Positions 9,619 to 19,054 are shown, counted from the first letter of the stretch. The stretch is DNA of 64,000 nucleotides from an uncultured Myxococcales bacterium (GCA_964554495.1 CAZKOY010000005.1:2926-66925); one strand, 5' to 3'. The notes: generated by a model from the sequence alone, not told the origin. Program-made: numbers and translations.

Positions 9619-10056
9619 ATGCCATCGATGGATCCGCTGTGGATTAACGAACGACTGTCGATTCCCGGCAGCGACCTATCGTGGGAGGCCAGTCGCTCGT
9701 CGGGGCCTGGCGGACAGAACGTCAACAAGGTGGCGAGCAAGGTCGAGCTGCGCTTTAACCTGCCTGGCTCGCGCGCCCTGTCGGACGAAGTAAAGGCGCG
9801 CTTGGCGAGCTTGGCCGCATCGCGGCTCGATGCCAATGGCTGCATCTTGATCGTCAGCCAGCTCTCGCGCGACCAGGGGCGCAACCTTGACGACGCGCTC
9901 GACAAGCTGCGCCAGCTGATCCTGCGTGCGCTGGTGCGGCCAACACCGCGGCGTCCGACGCGTCCGACGCGGGCCTCGAAGGAACGACGGCTGAGCGAAA
10001 AGCGTCGACATGGCGAGCGCAAGCAAGGCCGCCGTACGCACGACCACGAGGGCTAG
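9619..10056 (+). CDS. arfB: Alternative ribosome-rescue factor ArfB (peptidyl-tRNA hydrolase, YaeJ family)
   Basis: 145 aa with a GGQ motif in SSGPGGQNVNKVASKVELRF and a basic C-terminal tail (RPTRPTRASKERRLSEKRRHGERKQGRR). Confidence 0.9.
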   Translation: MPSMDPLWINERLSIPGSDLSWEASRSSGPGGQNVNKVASKVELRFNLPGSRALSDEVKARLASLAASRLDANGCILIVSQLSRDQGRNLDDALDKLRQLILRALVRPTPRRPTRPTRASKERRLSEKRRHGERKQGRRTHDHEG

Positions 10057-10074
10057 CCTGCGCAACGCTCAAAT

Positions 10075-10476
10075 CTAGCTGGCTGACTTCAGCGTCTTTT
10101 CTTCGATGAGCTCAATGCGATAGCCATTGGGATCTTCAACAAAGGCGATAACCGTCGAGCTGTGCTTCATCGGACCGGGCTCGCGAACGACCTTGACCCC
10201 TTTTTCGCGCAGGCGTTCGCAGACGGCATAGATGTCGGTCACGCCAATCGCCAGGTGTCCGAATGCCGTGCCAAGCTCGTACTTGGATGTGCCCCAGTTG
10301 TGCGTGAGCTCCAGCACCGTCTGGTCTTCTTCCTCGCCGTATCCGACGAAGGCCAGCGTGAATTCGCCCGCCGGATAGTCTTTGCGACGCAGAAGCTTCA
10401 TGCCCAGCGCATCGCAGTAAAAGGCCAAGGACTCGTCGAGGTTGTTGACCCGCAGCATCGTGTGAAGTAGTCGCAT
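10075..10476 (-). CDS. gloA: Lactoylglutathione lyase (glyoxalase I)
   Basis: 133 aa reading MRLLHTMLRVNNLDESLAFYCDALGMKLLRRKDYPAGEFTLAFVGYG...LELTHNWG...GHLAIGV...DPNGYRIELIE, a full-length match to the GloA pattern. Confidence 0.93.
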   Translation of the reverse strand: MRLLHTMLRVNNLDESLAFYCDALGMKLLRRKDYPAGEFTLAFVGYGEEEDQTVLELTHNWGTSKYELGTAFGHLAIGVTDIYAVCERLREKGVKVVREPGPMKHSSTVIAFVEDPNGYRIELIEEKTLKSAS

Positions 10477-10657
10477 CGCTCCACTCTATCACTCGCCCGA
10501 CACGCGTCGGCCGCGGCTTTTTCCGGGCGTCTATCGGCCAAGAATCCGCCGGCTGGATTGGACGCTCTAGGCGCAGGTCCGCCACCCAAAGCCCGCTATC
10601 CGTAGATTGAGCAGATGACTCTCGCCCACATCGGGCAGATCGCGATACAATCAAGTC

Positions 10658-10897
10658 GTGGCCGAACTAGACGAAAAGACCGTCGCTCACATCAAGGAAC
10701 TCCGGCAGGTATTGGTCGAGATCGAGCGCTTTTCTTCCCGCGCCCGCGAGCTTCTCGATGAAGTCGAGGGCAAGCGCGACAAGGCGCTGGAAGAGCTAGC
10801 GCGAAGCGTCGTGGCAGAGCTTCGCGCCCGCGCCCGCGCCAAAGAGCTAGGCCTGCCGCCGCCGCCCCGCGTACGACGCAAGCGGCCGACAGGCTAG
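10658..10897 (+). CDS. Small hypothetical coiled-coil protein (GTG start)
   Basis: 79-aa ORF with GC-rich third codon positions, 33 nt upstream of the next same-strand gene. No recognisable family. Confidence 0.35.
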   Translation: MAELDEKTVAHIKELRQVLVEIERFSSRARELLDEVEGKRDKALEELARSVVAELRARARAKELGLPPPPRVRRKRPTG

Positions 10898-10930
10898 CCC
10901 GCGCTGTCCCGGATCGGCGATGATGGGGAC

Positions 10931-11413
10931 ATGAAAGGTCTTTTTCGTCTCGCTGGGATCCTGGGAGGCCTTGCCTTGGCAGCGGCCTGCACGTTGACGG
11001 TCGGCTGCGCGCAGCCCCTGAAGCCGTATCTGTTTAATTCGCCGCATATGGCGCGCGATCCGCTGGAAGCACTGGCCGCGGCATTTTCGCAGAACCAGAT
11101 TCTGGCGATCATCGTCGATCCGCAGGGCAACTTGGTGCAGTCGCGCTGGAACGATACGGGCATGGCCAGCCGACCTCTCGATGGGCGGCAGACAACGATC
11201 GTGCGGCGCTACTCAGCGGTCTATACGCGCGGGCGCAGCGACAACGAAGTGGCCCTGACGCTGGAGGAGCAGCGCTGCGTCGTCGGCGACTTCACCCTGG
11301 CCGAGCTAGAAGTACGTGGGCGCTGCGAGCCCCTTGCGGAAGTTCCTGAGGCACACAAAGCAGATCTGCATCGCCTGGGGCGACGGCTGCAGCAGGCCAT
11401 GTCGATTCCCTAG
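10931..11413 (+). CDS. Hypothetical lipoprotein
   Basis: Signal peptide MKGLFRLAGILGGLALAAAC with a Cys after a hydrophobic core. It lies 9 nt upstream of the methyltransferase-fusion gene. Confidence 0.6.
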   Translation: MKGLFRLAGILGGLALAAACTLTVGCAQPLKPYLFNSPHMARDPLEALAAAFSQNQILAIIVDPQGNLVQSRWNDTGMASRPLDGRQTTIVRRYSAVYTRGRSDNEVALTLEEQRCVVGDFTLAELEVRGRCEPLAEVPEAHKADLHRLGRRLQQAMSIP

Positions 11414-11422
11414 GCACGGGTC

Positions 11423-13999
11423 ATGGACGCGCAAAACCGGGCGCCCAGTTCTGCGGATCCATCGCCCGATCCGACTGACTCAGCGACGAGCTATGCTGGA
11501 CAAGCGCGGGGCGGAACGGAAGCGTACGCTGCGTATTACGCCGGCATGGACAAGTCCATGCAGCAAAAGGTGGCGCTGACCACGGCGTACTTTCCAGTGC
11601 GCGGCACGCTGGCTGACATGGGGTGCGGCTCGGGGGCTGGCTCGTATGACCTGGCCTGCCTGCACGAAGGCCTGCACGTCGTCGGCGTGGATGTCGCGCC
11701 CGAGTCGGTGGCTTATGCCAAGGCGCACTATCGTCGGCCCAACTTGGAATACCGCCTGGGCGATATTGCCGAGCCGATCTTCGACAGCGAGAGCCTGGAC
11801 GGTGTGCTGAATTCCTCGGTGTTCCACCACCTGACCAGCTTCAATGACTTTTCGCTGCAGCCGGTTCGTCGGGCGCTCGACGAGCAGACGCGGGCGCTGC
11901 GTCCGGGGGGCGTGCTGATCATCCGCGACTTTGTCGTGCCGCGCGGTCCAGCCGAGGTGCTGATCGATCTGCCGATGCGCGACGGGGCACCTGCCGAAAA
12001 GAGCAGCGCGTCGGATGTCGTGGGTCTCAGCACTGCCGCGTTGTTCGAACGCTTCGCTGCCGAGTGGCGCAGCAGCCAGAATCCGACGGAGCCGGTGCCG
12101 TACAGGCGGCTTGGATCGGTGCGTCCCGGCTGGCAGCGCTATCGCACTAGCCTGCGCGCCGCCAGCGAGTTCGTGCTGCGCAAGGACTATCGCAGCGACT
12201 GGGCCGCCGAGTGCAAAGAGGAGTACACGTACTTCAGCCAGGCCGAGTTTGAGCGCGAGCTTGCCCAACGCGACCTGCGCATCGCCGTCTCGATCGAGCT
12301 GCGCAACCCATGGATCGTTGAGAACCGCTTTCGTGGCCGCTTCTTTCTACACGACCTCGACGAAAGACCGCTGCCATACCCACCGACGAACTATCTGGTC
12401 GTCGGGGAAAAAGTGCGACGCGGGCAAGGCGTGGGCTTTTCGCTGCAGGTCGAAGCGCAGGAACGCAGCGAGCCCGCGCATAACGGCGTCCTTGCGGCGT
12501 CCAGCGCGCCGCGTTTCTTGCGCCTGTCGCGCAGCCAGCACCGCGAGACCGGCCGCTGCATGGAGCTGATCGAGCGACCGCATCCCGTCGTCGATCTGCT
12601 GCCCTTTTTTCGCCAGCAGGGTCGCTTGTTTGTGCTGGGGCGCCAGGGCTATCCGCGACCTCTCGTACACGCGGCGCGGCGCAGCGGGGTTGCACGCAGC
12701 GGTCTTGAAACAGTGCAGCAGGGCGCGCCTGACTGGCCGTGGTCCAGCCCGAGCCTGGATGGCGCGAGCGTGGCGGGATATCTGACCGAGCCTTTGACCG
12801 CCATGGTGCCAAGCAGCATTGTCTTGGGCGACGAGGGCTCGGGCGATGAGTGCGAGGTTTCAGCGGACGTGCGACAGCGCCTGCATGCTCTGTGGCACGA
12901 GCGCGTGGGGCTGCCTGAGCGCTGGATTGCCAAGGTGCGTCCGGGGCTGCGCTATTTCACCTCGCCGGGAGGCTTGAACGAGCGCGTATCGTCGCTGTTT
13001 GTCGAGCTGCGCTTTTCCCAAAGCGACCTGGGATGCGATGGCCTGCCGCTTCTGCCTGAGCATGCGCCCAACGCCACGAAGTTCGCTGGGGCTGGCTGCG
13101 TGCGACCTCTTCTGGCGACGCAGCTTCTGCGGGCGGCGCAAGTCGGCGGCCTGTTGGATGCGCGGCTTGAGCTGAATGCCTACGAGCTCTTTTCCTGCCT
13201 TTTGCGGTCGGGTTTTTCGACGGAAAACGCCTTTATGTCGGGAACCGCAGAGCCAGACTTGGCACGTACGCTGGGACCGTGGATCGGGGCCGAGATCAGC
13301 CTGCGTATCCAGGCGAAAAGCCCGGCGCTGCAGCAGGCGCTGCTGGGCCCTTCTGTGCAGCGCCCCGACGATATCGACGCGGTGCTGCAGCCCGCGCCGC
13401 AGGCCGTGTTTGCGCCAGTTGCCGCGCAGACTGCTGGCCGCGATGACCCGCCTGCGCCGTTTCTGCGCATCGAGCGCCTGTGCATCGCTGAGCACGCAGC
13501 CGATGGTCAGATGGTGGCGAGCGATGTCCTTGAGTGCGCGCTGCCGAACCCCAGCAGCAGCAACACCGTCTCGGTCTTCCCGGTGCTGCGCGTGGGCGAC
13601 GCAGCGGGTCAGGTCTTCGTCGGGATCGAGCTGCGCGATCTGCCGGCGGTGCAGGCGTTTACCGGGCAGTCGCGCTTTGCCACCAACCCGGCGTGGCGCC
13701 TGCCGCGCAGCATCGTCGACCTGACGCAGGCCGAGGCCTGGCTGGGTCTGCAGCTTCGTCAGCAGTTCGGACTGCGCACACTGCGTAGCTGGCCCTTAGG
13801 TGGTAAGTACTATCCCGCTGTCGGTGCCACCCCCGAGCAGGTTTATCCACTGGTGGCCGAGGTCGATGCCGAGAGCGTGGCGACGAGCTCGCTGTCTTTT
13901 GTGCCGCTGATCGAGCTGTGGCGACGACGGCAGAGCATCGAGGACGGCCACCTGCGCATCGGGCTGTGGCGGCTGTGTCACGCACTGGGTGTGTTGTGA
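11423..13999 (+). CDS. Class I SAM-dependent methyltransferase fused to a roughly 550-aa C-terminal region of unknown function (two internally similar halves)
   Basis: SAM motif I LADMGCGSGAGSYDLA and post-I VVGVDVAPE, then motif-II/III-like LDGVLNSSVFHH and LRPGGVLIIRD. The C-terminal halves share the patterns GYLTEPL...RYFTSPGGLNERVSSLFVEL and NPAWRLPR...GGKYYPAVGATPEQVYPLVAEV. Confidence 0.8.
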   Translation: MDAQNRAPSSADPSPDPTDSATSYAGQARGGTEAYAAYYAGMDKSMQQKVALTTAYFPVRGTLADMGCGSGAGSYDLACLHEGLHVVGVDVAPESVAYAKAHYRRPNLEYRLGDIAEPIFDSESLDGVLNSSVFHHLTSFNDFSLQPVRRALDEQTRALRPGGVLIIRDFVVPRGPAEVLIDLPMRDGAPAEKSSASDVVGLSTAALFERFAAEWRSSQNPTEPVPYRRLGSVRPGWQRYRTSLRAASEFVLRKDYRSDWAAECKEEYTYFSQAEFERELAQRDLRIAVSIELRNPWIVENRFRGRFFLHDLDERPLPYPPTNYLVVGEKVRRGQGVGFSLQVEAQERSEPAHNGVLAASSAPRFLRLSRSQHRETGRCMELIERPHPVVDLLPFFRQQGRLFVLGRQGYPRPLVHAARRSGVARSGLETVQQGAPDWPWSSPSLDGASVAGYLTEPLTAMVPSSIVLGDEGSGDECEVSADVRQRLHALWHERVGLPERWIAKVRPGLRYFTSPGGLNERVSSLFVELRFSQSDLGCDGLPLLPEHAPNATKFAGAGCVRPLLATQLLRAAQVGGLLDARLELNAYELFSCLLRSGFSTENAFMSGTAEPDLARTLGPWIGAEISLRIQAKSPALQQALLGPSVQRPDDIDAVLQPAPQAVFAPVAAQTAGRDDPPAPFLRIERLCIAEHAADGQMVASDVLECALPNPSSSNTVSVFPVLRVGDAAGQVFVGIELRDLPAVQAFTGQSRFATNPAWRLPRSIVDLTQAEAWLGLQLRQQFGLRTLRSWPLGGKYYPAVGATPEQVYPLVAEVDAESVATSSLSFVPLIELWRRRQSIEDGHLRIGLWRLCHALGVL

Positions 14000-14037
14000 C
14001 CGTGGCTCGGCGCGCTGCCCGGTGATGCCGCCGTCGG

Positions 14038-14994
14038 CTACCAGTTGATCGACCAGGTTCCGCCGCTGTTGCGGATCATCGACGTGCCGGCGTTGGCCCA
14101 GCCGGCGCTCGGCCCATTGGTCCACAGCGCCGAGAGTCCGAAGAGCGACACGACGCTCCACATCGTGCCGTTGTAGCGATAGGTGTCGTAGGTGCCGTAC
14201 AGCCAGACGTCGGTGTCCGAGCTCATCCACAGGCGAGAGGCCTGATAGCCGCCCGAGATGCGCGCCCACTTGGTGCCGTCAAAAGTCCAGACGTTGTTGT
14301 CTTTGCGAGTGGCCCAGACCTTGTTTGCTGCGGTGCCGCGGATGTGGATAAAGGGCAGGGTGCTGTTGCTTGGCTGCTCGGTCCAGCTGCTGCCGTCCCA
14401 GCGCAAGAGCATGCCCAGGTCACCGCCGATCCATGCGTCGGTGGTGCTGGCTGCCCAGACCGTCAAAAGATGGTTGATCGAAGGCAGGCTGAACGAGCCC
14501 CAGCCCGAGCCGTCGTACTGGATGATGACGCCGCGGTCTCCGACGGCCCAGATGTTGCTGCCACTGGTACCCCAGATATCGTTGAGCGCCGATGTGTCGG
14601 GGACGGGGGTGGTGGCGCGGCTCCAGGCGCTGCCGTCCCAGTGAATGACGACGCCAGCTTCGCCCACCGCCCAGACGTCTTTGTCGCTGCTGCCCCATAC
14701 GGACAAGAGATCCTTGCCCGTCGGAACCGCGACGCTGCGCCACACCTTGCCGTTCCAGTGCAGCATCAGGCCGTTGGGCCCCACCGCCCAGACATCCTTG
14801 TCACCGCTGCCCCAGATGCGGGTTACCGCGGGCTGGACGAGCATGTAATCCGTTGGCGATACCGTCGGGCGTGACTCGGGCAGTGTGTCGCCTGCCTGCG
14901 GCAGGCTGCGGCTGTCGGGATCCTGTGGCCCACAGCCCAAGGACAGCAACGTCAGGGCTAGCGCCGGAACGGCCAACACGTGAGATGTCTTCAT
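14038..14994 (-). CDS. Secreted beta-propeller-like repeat lipoprotein
   Basis: I chose the ATG at 14994 (MKTSHVLAVPALALTLLSLGC lipobox) rather than the longer ORF to 15351. About seven roughly 40-aa repeats carry the motif D(V/I)WAVG...G.V..W(D/N)G..W. Confidence 0.75.
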   Translation of the reverse strand: MKTSHVLAVPALALTLLSLGCGPQDPDSRSLPQAGDTLPESRPTVSPTDYMLVQPAVTRIWGSGDKDVWAVGPNGLMLHWNGKVWRSVAVPTGKDLLSVWGSSDKDVWAVGEAGVVIHWDGSAWSRATTPVPDTSALNDIWGTSGSNIWAVGDRGVIIQYDGSGWGSFSLPSINHLLTVWAASTTDAWIGGDLGMLLRWDGSSWTEQPSNSTLPFIHIRGTAANKVWATRKDNNVWTFDGTKWARISGGYQASRLWMSSDTDVWLYGTYDTYRYNGTMWSVVSLFGLSALWTNGPSAGWANAGTSMIRNSGGTWSINW

Positions 14995-15336
14995 GGTTGC
15001 CTCACAGAGCAGGGCGCGCGGCCCACACCTTGAGGAGCCAAGCCTGCAGGCCACGCACTTTTCGGGGCCTCGACTGTAAGGACGGCCCGTCGACGCTGTC
15101 AATTTTCGGCCCTGCCCGCTTGAGCCCTGCCAGTGCCGGAACGGAACAGCGGGACCCACAAGCGCCGATGCCACACCGCGGATTTCGCGAAGCGGGGGAT
15201 CTGCGATCTCGTGTGGCGGCGGGCAGTGGTATAACCCGCGGCGATGGAACCGACGGCAGCCCAGGAACAAGACCGACGCGGCAGCCTCCGCGACGGTGAT
15301 AGGACACAGGACGCTTCGACTTCTGAGGGGCAGGCG

Positions 15337-16407
15337 ATGGTGGCCGAGCATGTGCAGGCGCCGCCCGCCGCAGCCCCCGAAGAAGAGCTGCTGCAGCTAA
15401 CGCGAGCGACGCGAGCACGTCTGCGCAAGCTGCAGGAACAGGGCGTGTCGGGCGTACCGAAGTCGCGCGCGACACCTCGGCCTAGCGGGGGGCGCTATGA
15501 CTTTCCTGGGGCATACGGGGCACCACATACAGACCCGAGCAGCGCGTCGGTGGCTGAGCACGTCGGGCCGCCCGCAACCGCAGGCCCTGGGGCTGCGGCG
15601 CTGGCCGCGATCGCTGCGCCGTCGTCGGTGCCCGTGTCGGCAGTGGCTGCCGCATCGGCACCGCGGGCGCCGCAGGTCCCATCGGCGCGAGCCCTGCCAT
15701 CGGCTGCAGCTGGGCGAGGCTTTTCCTTGGTCGAAGCGAGCTATCCCGAGCTGCCGCCAGCCGGCGCGCTGCGCGGGGCAGACGGCCTTTCCGAGCTGCG
15801 TCGACTGCTGGGCGACTGTCAGCGCTGCAAGCTGTGTCACGGTCGCAACAACCTGGTCTTTGCCGACGGCAGTCCCGATGCCTGGCTGGCCTTTGTCGGC
15901 GAAGGACCGGGGGCCGATGAAGACCGCTTGGGGCGGCCCTTTGTCGGAGCGGCTGGGCAGCTTCTGGATCGGATGATCGATGCGATGGCGGGTGAAGCCA
16001 AGCGCCGCGGTTATGCCCAGATCGTGCCGCACCTGTCGCGGCAGGCGGTGTACATCGCCAACGTGGTCAAGTGCCGCCCGCCAGACAACCGCACGCCCCA
16101 GCCGGACGAGATGGCGGCGTGCTCACCGTTTTTGCGTCGTCAGCTCTTGGCGCTGCGGCCGGGGCTGCGAGCCATCGTCGCGCTGGGGCGCACACCGACG
16201 CAGTACTTGCTGCGGACGACGGCGCCGATCAGCGGCCTGCGCGGCCAGTTCGCACAGTGGGAAGGCATTCCCGTGATGCCGACGTATCACCCCGCATACC
16301 TTTTGCGCACGCCGAGCGCCAAGCGGCAGGTGTGGGAAGACCTGCAGCGTGTCATCGATGCGCTAGCCGCGCCGGGCACGCCCGCGGAACACTCGGCTGC
16401 CCCGTAA
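15337..16407 (+). CDS. Uracil-DNA glycosylase, family 4, with long Ala/Pro-rich N-terminal extension
   Basis: The C-terminal domain has [63 protein letters not shown] and [11 protein letters not shown]. The start is uncertain: ATG at 15337 (GAGGGG 9 nt upstream) or the ORF-track start at 15244. Confidence 0.85.
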   Translation: MVAEHVQAPPAAAPEEELLQLTRATRARLRKLQEQGVSGVPKSRATPRPSGGRYDFPGAYGAPHTDPSSASVAEHVGPPATAGPGAAALAAIAAPSSVPVSAVAAASAPRAPQVPSARALPSAAAGRGFSLVEASYPELPPAGALRGADGLSELRRLLGDCQRCKLCHGRNNLVFADGSPDAWLAFVGEGPGADEDRLGRPFVGAAGQLLDRMIDAMAGEAKRRGYAQIVPHLSRQAVYIANVVKCRPPDNRTPQPDEMAACSPFLRRQLLALRPGLRAIVALGRTPTQYLLRTTAPISGLRGQFAQWEGIPVMPTYHPAYLLRTPSAKRQVWEDLQRVIDALAAPGTPAEHSAAP

Positions 16408-16505
16408 GACAGCCGGCCCGTCGACAGATCGTCGGCAAGCAGACAGCAAGTCAACGCACTATCGGCGCGGCTCTGCATCGCGCATTCGTTCTGTGGAGGA
16501 ACTTC

Positions 16506-17003
16506 ATGGCCACTTCATCGCTCCTTCGTGTACTGGGTTTTTCACTGGCGCTGCTCGTCGCAGGTGCGCCGCATGCGCAAGCCGGGGGGCCAGCGCCTGG
16601 CACCATCGTCATCACCGAGCGCATGCTTAACCCCGCGCTTTCGACGTTTCAGTCGGACTTGAAGAGCGAGGCCCGCGCGACGCTGACCAAGAACTCCGAC
16701 AGCGAGTCGTGGAAGGTCCACTTCGTTGCGCACTTGAAGAAGTCTCCCGGATCGCCCGACGTGAACATCGTCTTTTATGAGCTGGGCCAAGCGGCCAAGG
16801 CCGCCAGCAAGTCCGCCGAGCCGCGTGAGCCCGTGCAGGCCTATCCGATCAAGACCAAGCAGACGGCGACGATCTTGATCTCGGAAGTGAACCTAAAGAC
16901 CGAAGAGGGCTTCAAGCCGGGTGGCAAGTATCAGGTGCTGATCACGCGCCTGATCAACGGCAAAGAAGAGGTCTATGCCCGGACCTCGCTGGAGCTGAAG
17001 TAG
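16506..17003 (+). CDS. Hypothetical secreted protein
   Basis: I chose the ATG at 16506 (MATSSLLRVLGFSLALLVAGAPHAQA signal peptide). The longer ORF from 16071 overlaps the UDG gene out of frame. Confidence 0.65.
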   Translation: MATSSLLRVLGFSLALLVAGAPHAQAGGPAPGTIVITERMLNPALSTFQSDLKSEARATLTKNSDSESWKVHFVAHLKKSPGSPDVNIVFYELGQAAKAASKSAEPREPVQAYPIKTKQTATILISEVNLKTEEGFKPGGKYQVLITRLINGKEEVYARTSLELK

Positions 17004-17011
17004 CCACGCAG

Positions 17012-17677
17012 CTACAGGTTACGTTCTTCTTCGATGACCCAGCGGCCGCCGCGACACCACAGCGCGCTGCTCCAGCCGCCGGGCTTTCCCCAGGACAAGA
17101 CGCAGTAGCCTTCGCCATCTTTGCAAGGGGTACCAGGGCGTGGGCTTGGCTCGCAGCGTCCGTCGCCCAGGTGGCGAATTTGCGGCGGCGATGGCGGCAT
17201 CGGCGCTAGCTGCACAAGGGCGCTTGTGTCGCGGGCCGCAAGCAGGCGGACGCAGTGGCCGAGGATCTGGCTGCTTGTCGGCGGGCTAAGCGCGCTTGGC
17301 ATGCGCTGCGCTTCGTCGTTGCCGCGACGGAACACCAGGTGGGCCAAGACTTCGAAGCGCCCATCGTCGTACTGATCGTGCGAGGTGCCCTGGTACTGCA
17401 CGGAAAGACCGCTTGGACTGGTGCGGCGGCCACCGACGGGAATATCGAGCGTTGGCGCATCCGCGGGAAGTGGGCAGGCGTCTTTATGCTCGGCTGTCGA
17501 CGGCAGCGCCGCATCGGGTAGCGCAGCGCTGGGGACTGAACGTGCGGCACTCGATGGCGCATGCGCAGACGCCGGGCTCGCCGAGCGGGCCGCTGCCGAA
17601 ACGTCGCTGCGCGGCGGCACGACCGCTGGCGATCGGCAGGCCAGCAAGACAAGCAACAGCAGGCCATGGGGTCGCAT
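17012..17677 (-). CDS. Hypothetical lipoprotein
   Basis: Internal ATG at 17677 gives MRPHGLLLLVLLAC (lipobox). The C-terminus is Cys-rich. It is the last gene of the minus-strand cluster. Confidence 0.55.
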   Translation of the reverse strand: MRPHGLLLLVLLACRSPAVVPPRSDVSAAARSASPASAHAPSSAARSVPSAALPDAALPSTAEHKDACPLPADAPTLDIPVGGRRTSPSGLSVQYQGTSHDQYDDGRFEVLAHLVFRRGNDEAQRMPSALSPPTSSQILGHCVRLLAARDTSALVQLAPMPPSPPQIRHLGDGRCEPSPRPGTPCKDGEGYCVLSWGKPGGWSSALWCRGGRWVIEEERNL

Positions 17678-17718
17678 GAAGGCAGCGTAGCAGGCTCGCG
17701 CCAATCCGGTGCCGCGCT

Positions 17719-19020
17719 CTAATAGACCTGCGTCTCGGGCCCGAATGCGACGGGGGGACGCGGGCGGCCGCTCGTGCGCTCGGCTCGCGTGCGGATGGCT
17801 TCCAAGATGACTAGCTGCATGCCGACGTTGACGCCGTATTCCATGAGCGGCTCAAGCTTGTAAAGCTGGCGCATGACCAAGCTCGCGCGGTCGTACTGCA
17901 TCGACGATCGCAGGACGATCTGCGTGCCGCCTTGGCGCATCGGCACGAGGTCCCAGCGCATGCGTGCGCCTTTGAGGTCCCCAGACAGCCCCATCATGTC
18001 CATGGTGCGGCCCTGGACGCGGGCGCCATAGGTTGTGCGAAAAGACAAAAGGGGCAGTGACTGCTCGATATCCACCATGCTGGTCGTGTCTTGCGCGCCG
18101 GCTCCGACGCTCTGCGTAATGCTGGGGATATAGTTCTTCCAGTCTGACGTCTGTTCGACCAATGCCGAAATAAACTGCGAAGGAGCGGGGGTTCGATCAA
18201 TAAGCGATACCTCAGAAAGGCGGCCCCCCTGACTGCGCAATAAGACCACGGTGCCGCGGTCTGCCAAGAAGTCAACCGATGCGGATTGGGATGGCGCGGG
18301 AAGCGCTGCAATCGGTGCGACCTGCTCAGCCCGGCGCTTGACCTGCAGCAAGAGCGTGCTCTGTGCGACCAGTGCCATACCCTGTTCCAGCGTCGGGACT
18401 TTTTCCAGAACCTTGGCGATCATGCCGCCGGACTTCGTCACTTCAGTAAAGCCATACATAACAAGCAGGGTGCCGCCGTATACACTGTAAAATTCAAAGC
18501 GAAAACGGCGTACCGAATAATCAAAGTTGGGATCGATATCGCGAATCTCGACCGGCGCCCCGGCCATTTGCTGATTTGCAGGCAATTGCAAATAACGATT
18601 TGTTCCTTCAACGGAAAATACACCATAGCTTAGCTGATAACTATAATCGAAGCTGCCGTCTGGATTGTTAGATACGATTGACTTCTTAAAGTTCTGGACA
18701 TATTCGCGATACTGGTCGGCTCGCCACAGCACCTCGCGCACGACGCTGGGCGGGGCGGCGACGAACGTGAACAGCGAAAGCTGGCGCAGGTGGCCGTCGG
18801 GCTTTGACTCGATCACCGCGATGTCGGTGCTGCGCAGAAGCGGAGCCAGCGACACAAGCTTTTCCTGGGGCCAGCCCGCAAGTGGGACCATCCGCTTGAC
18901 CTGTGCCCGCGCAGGCGACACCAGCAGGCCCAGGCCGATCAGGCACAGCCACAGCGCCTGGCTGCGGACAAGACTGCGCAAGCAAAAGCGAGGGCAGGGG
19001 CGGGGGATGAGTCGGCTCAC
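17719..19020 (-). CDS. Secreted protein with two tandem SRPBCC/START-like domains (putative lipid-binding)
   Basis: I chose the GTG at 19020 (VSRLIP...LWLCLIGLGLLVSPARAQ signal). The longer ORF to 19491 overlaps the deacetylase gene. Each half shows an SRPBCC-like pattern (APPSVVREVLWRADQYREYVQNF... and APSQFISALVEQTSDWKNYIPSI...). Confidence 0.6.
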   Translation of the reverse strand: MSRLIPRPCPRFCLRSLVRSQALWLCLIGLGLLVSPARAQVKRMVPLAGWPQEKLVSLAPLLRSTDIAVIESKPDGHLRQLSLFTFVAAPPSVVREVLWRADQYREYVQNFKKSIVSNNPDGSFDYSYQLSYGVFSVEGTNRYLQLPANQQMAGAPVEIRDIDPNFDYSVRRFRFEFYSVYGGTLLVMYGFTEVTKSGGMIAKVLEKVPTLEQGMALVAQSTLLLQVKRRAEQVAPIAALPAPSQSASVDFLADRGTVVLLRSQGGRLSEVSLIDRTPAPSQFISALVEQTSDWKNYIPSITQSVGAGAQDTTSMVDIEQSLPLLSFRTTYGARVQGRTMDMMGLSGDLKGARMRWDLVPMRQGGTQIVLRSSMQYDRASLVMRQLYKLEPLMEYGVNVGMQLVILEAIRTRAERTSGRPRPPVAFGPETQVY

Positions 19021-19054
19021 GGGGAATGCCTCCCGACGGGCGCTGGCCCGGCAG

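Noticed and set aside
9952-9969. Tandem 9-mer cgtccgacg x2 in arfB.
   Set aside because: It is an in-frame duplication (RPT-RPT) inside the basic, low-complexity C-terminal tail typical of ArfB. It is too short and ordinary to count as a finding.
16071-16505. 5' extensions of ORF-track entries. Examples are 16071-17003, 14038-15351, 17719-19491, 20503-22062, 36919-38223, 48518-50323, 56753-57424, 60244-62019 and 31621-32292.
   Set aside because: The extended parts overlap the neighbouring, clearly homologous gene in another frame. Internal starts give proper signal peptides, ribosome-binding sites or canonical N-termini, so I used the shorter coordinates.
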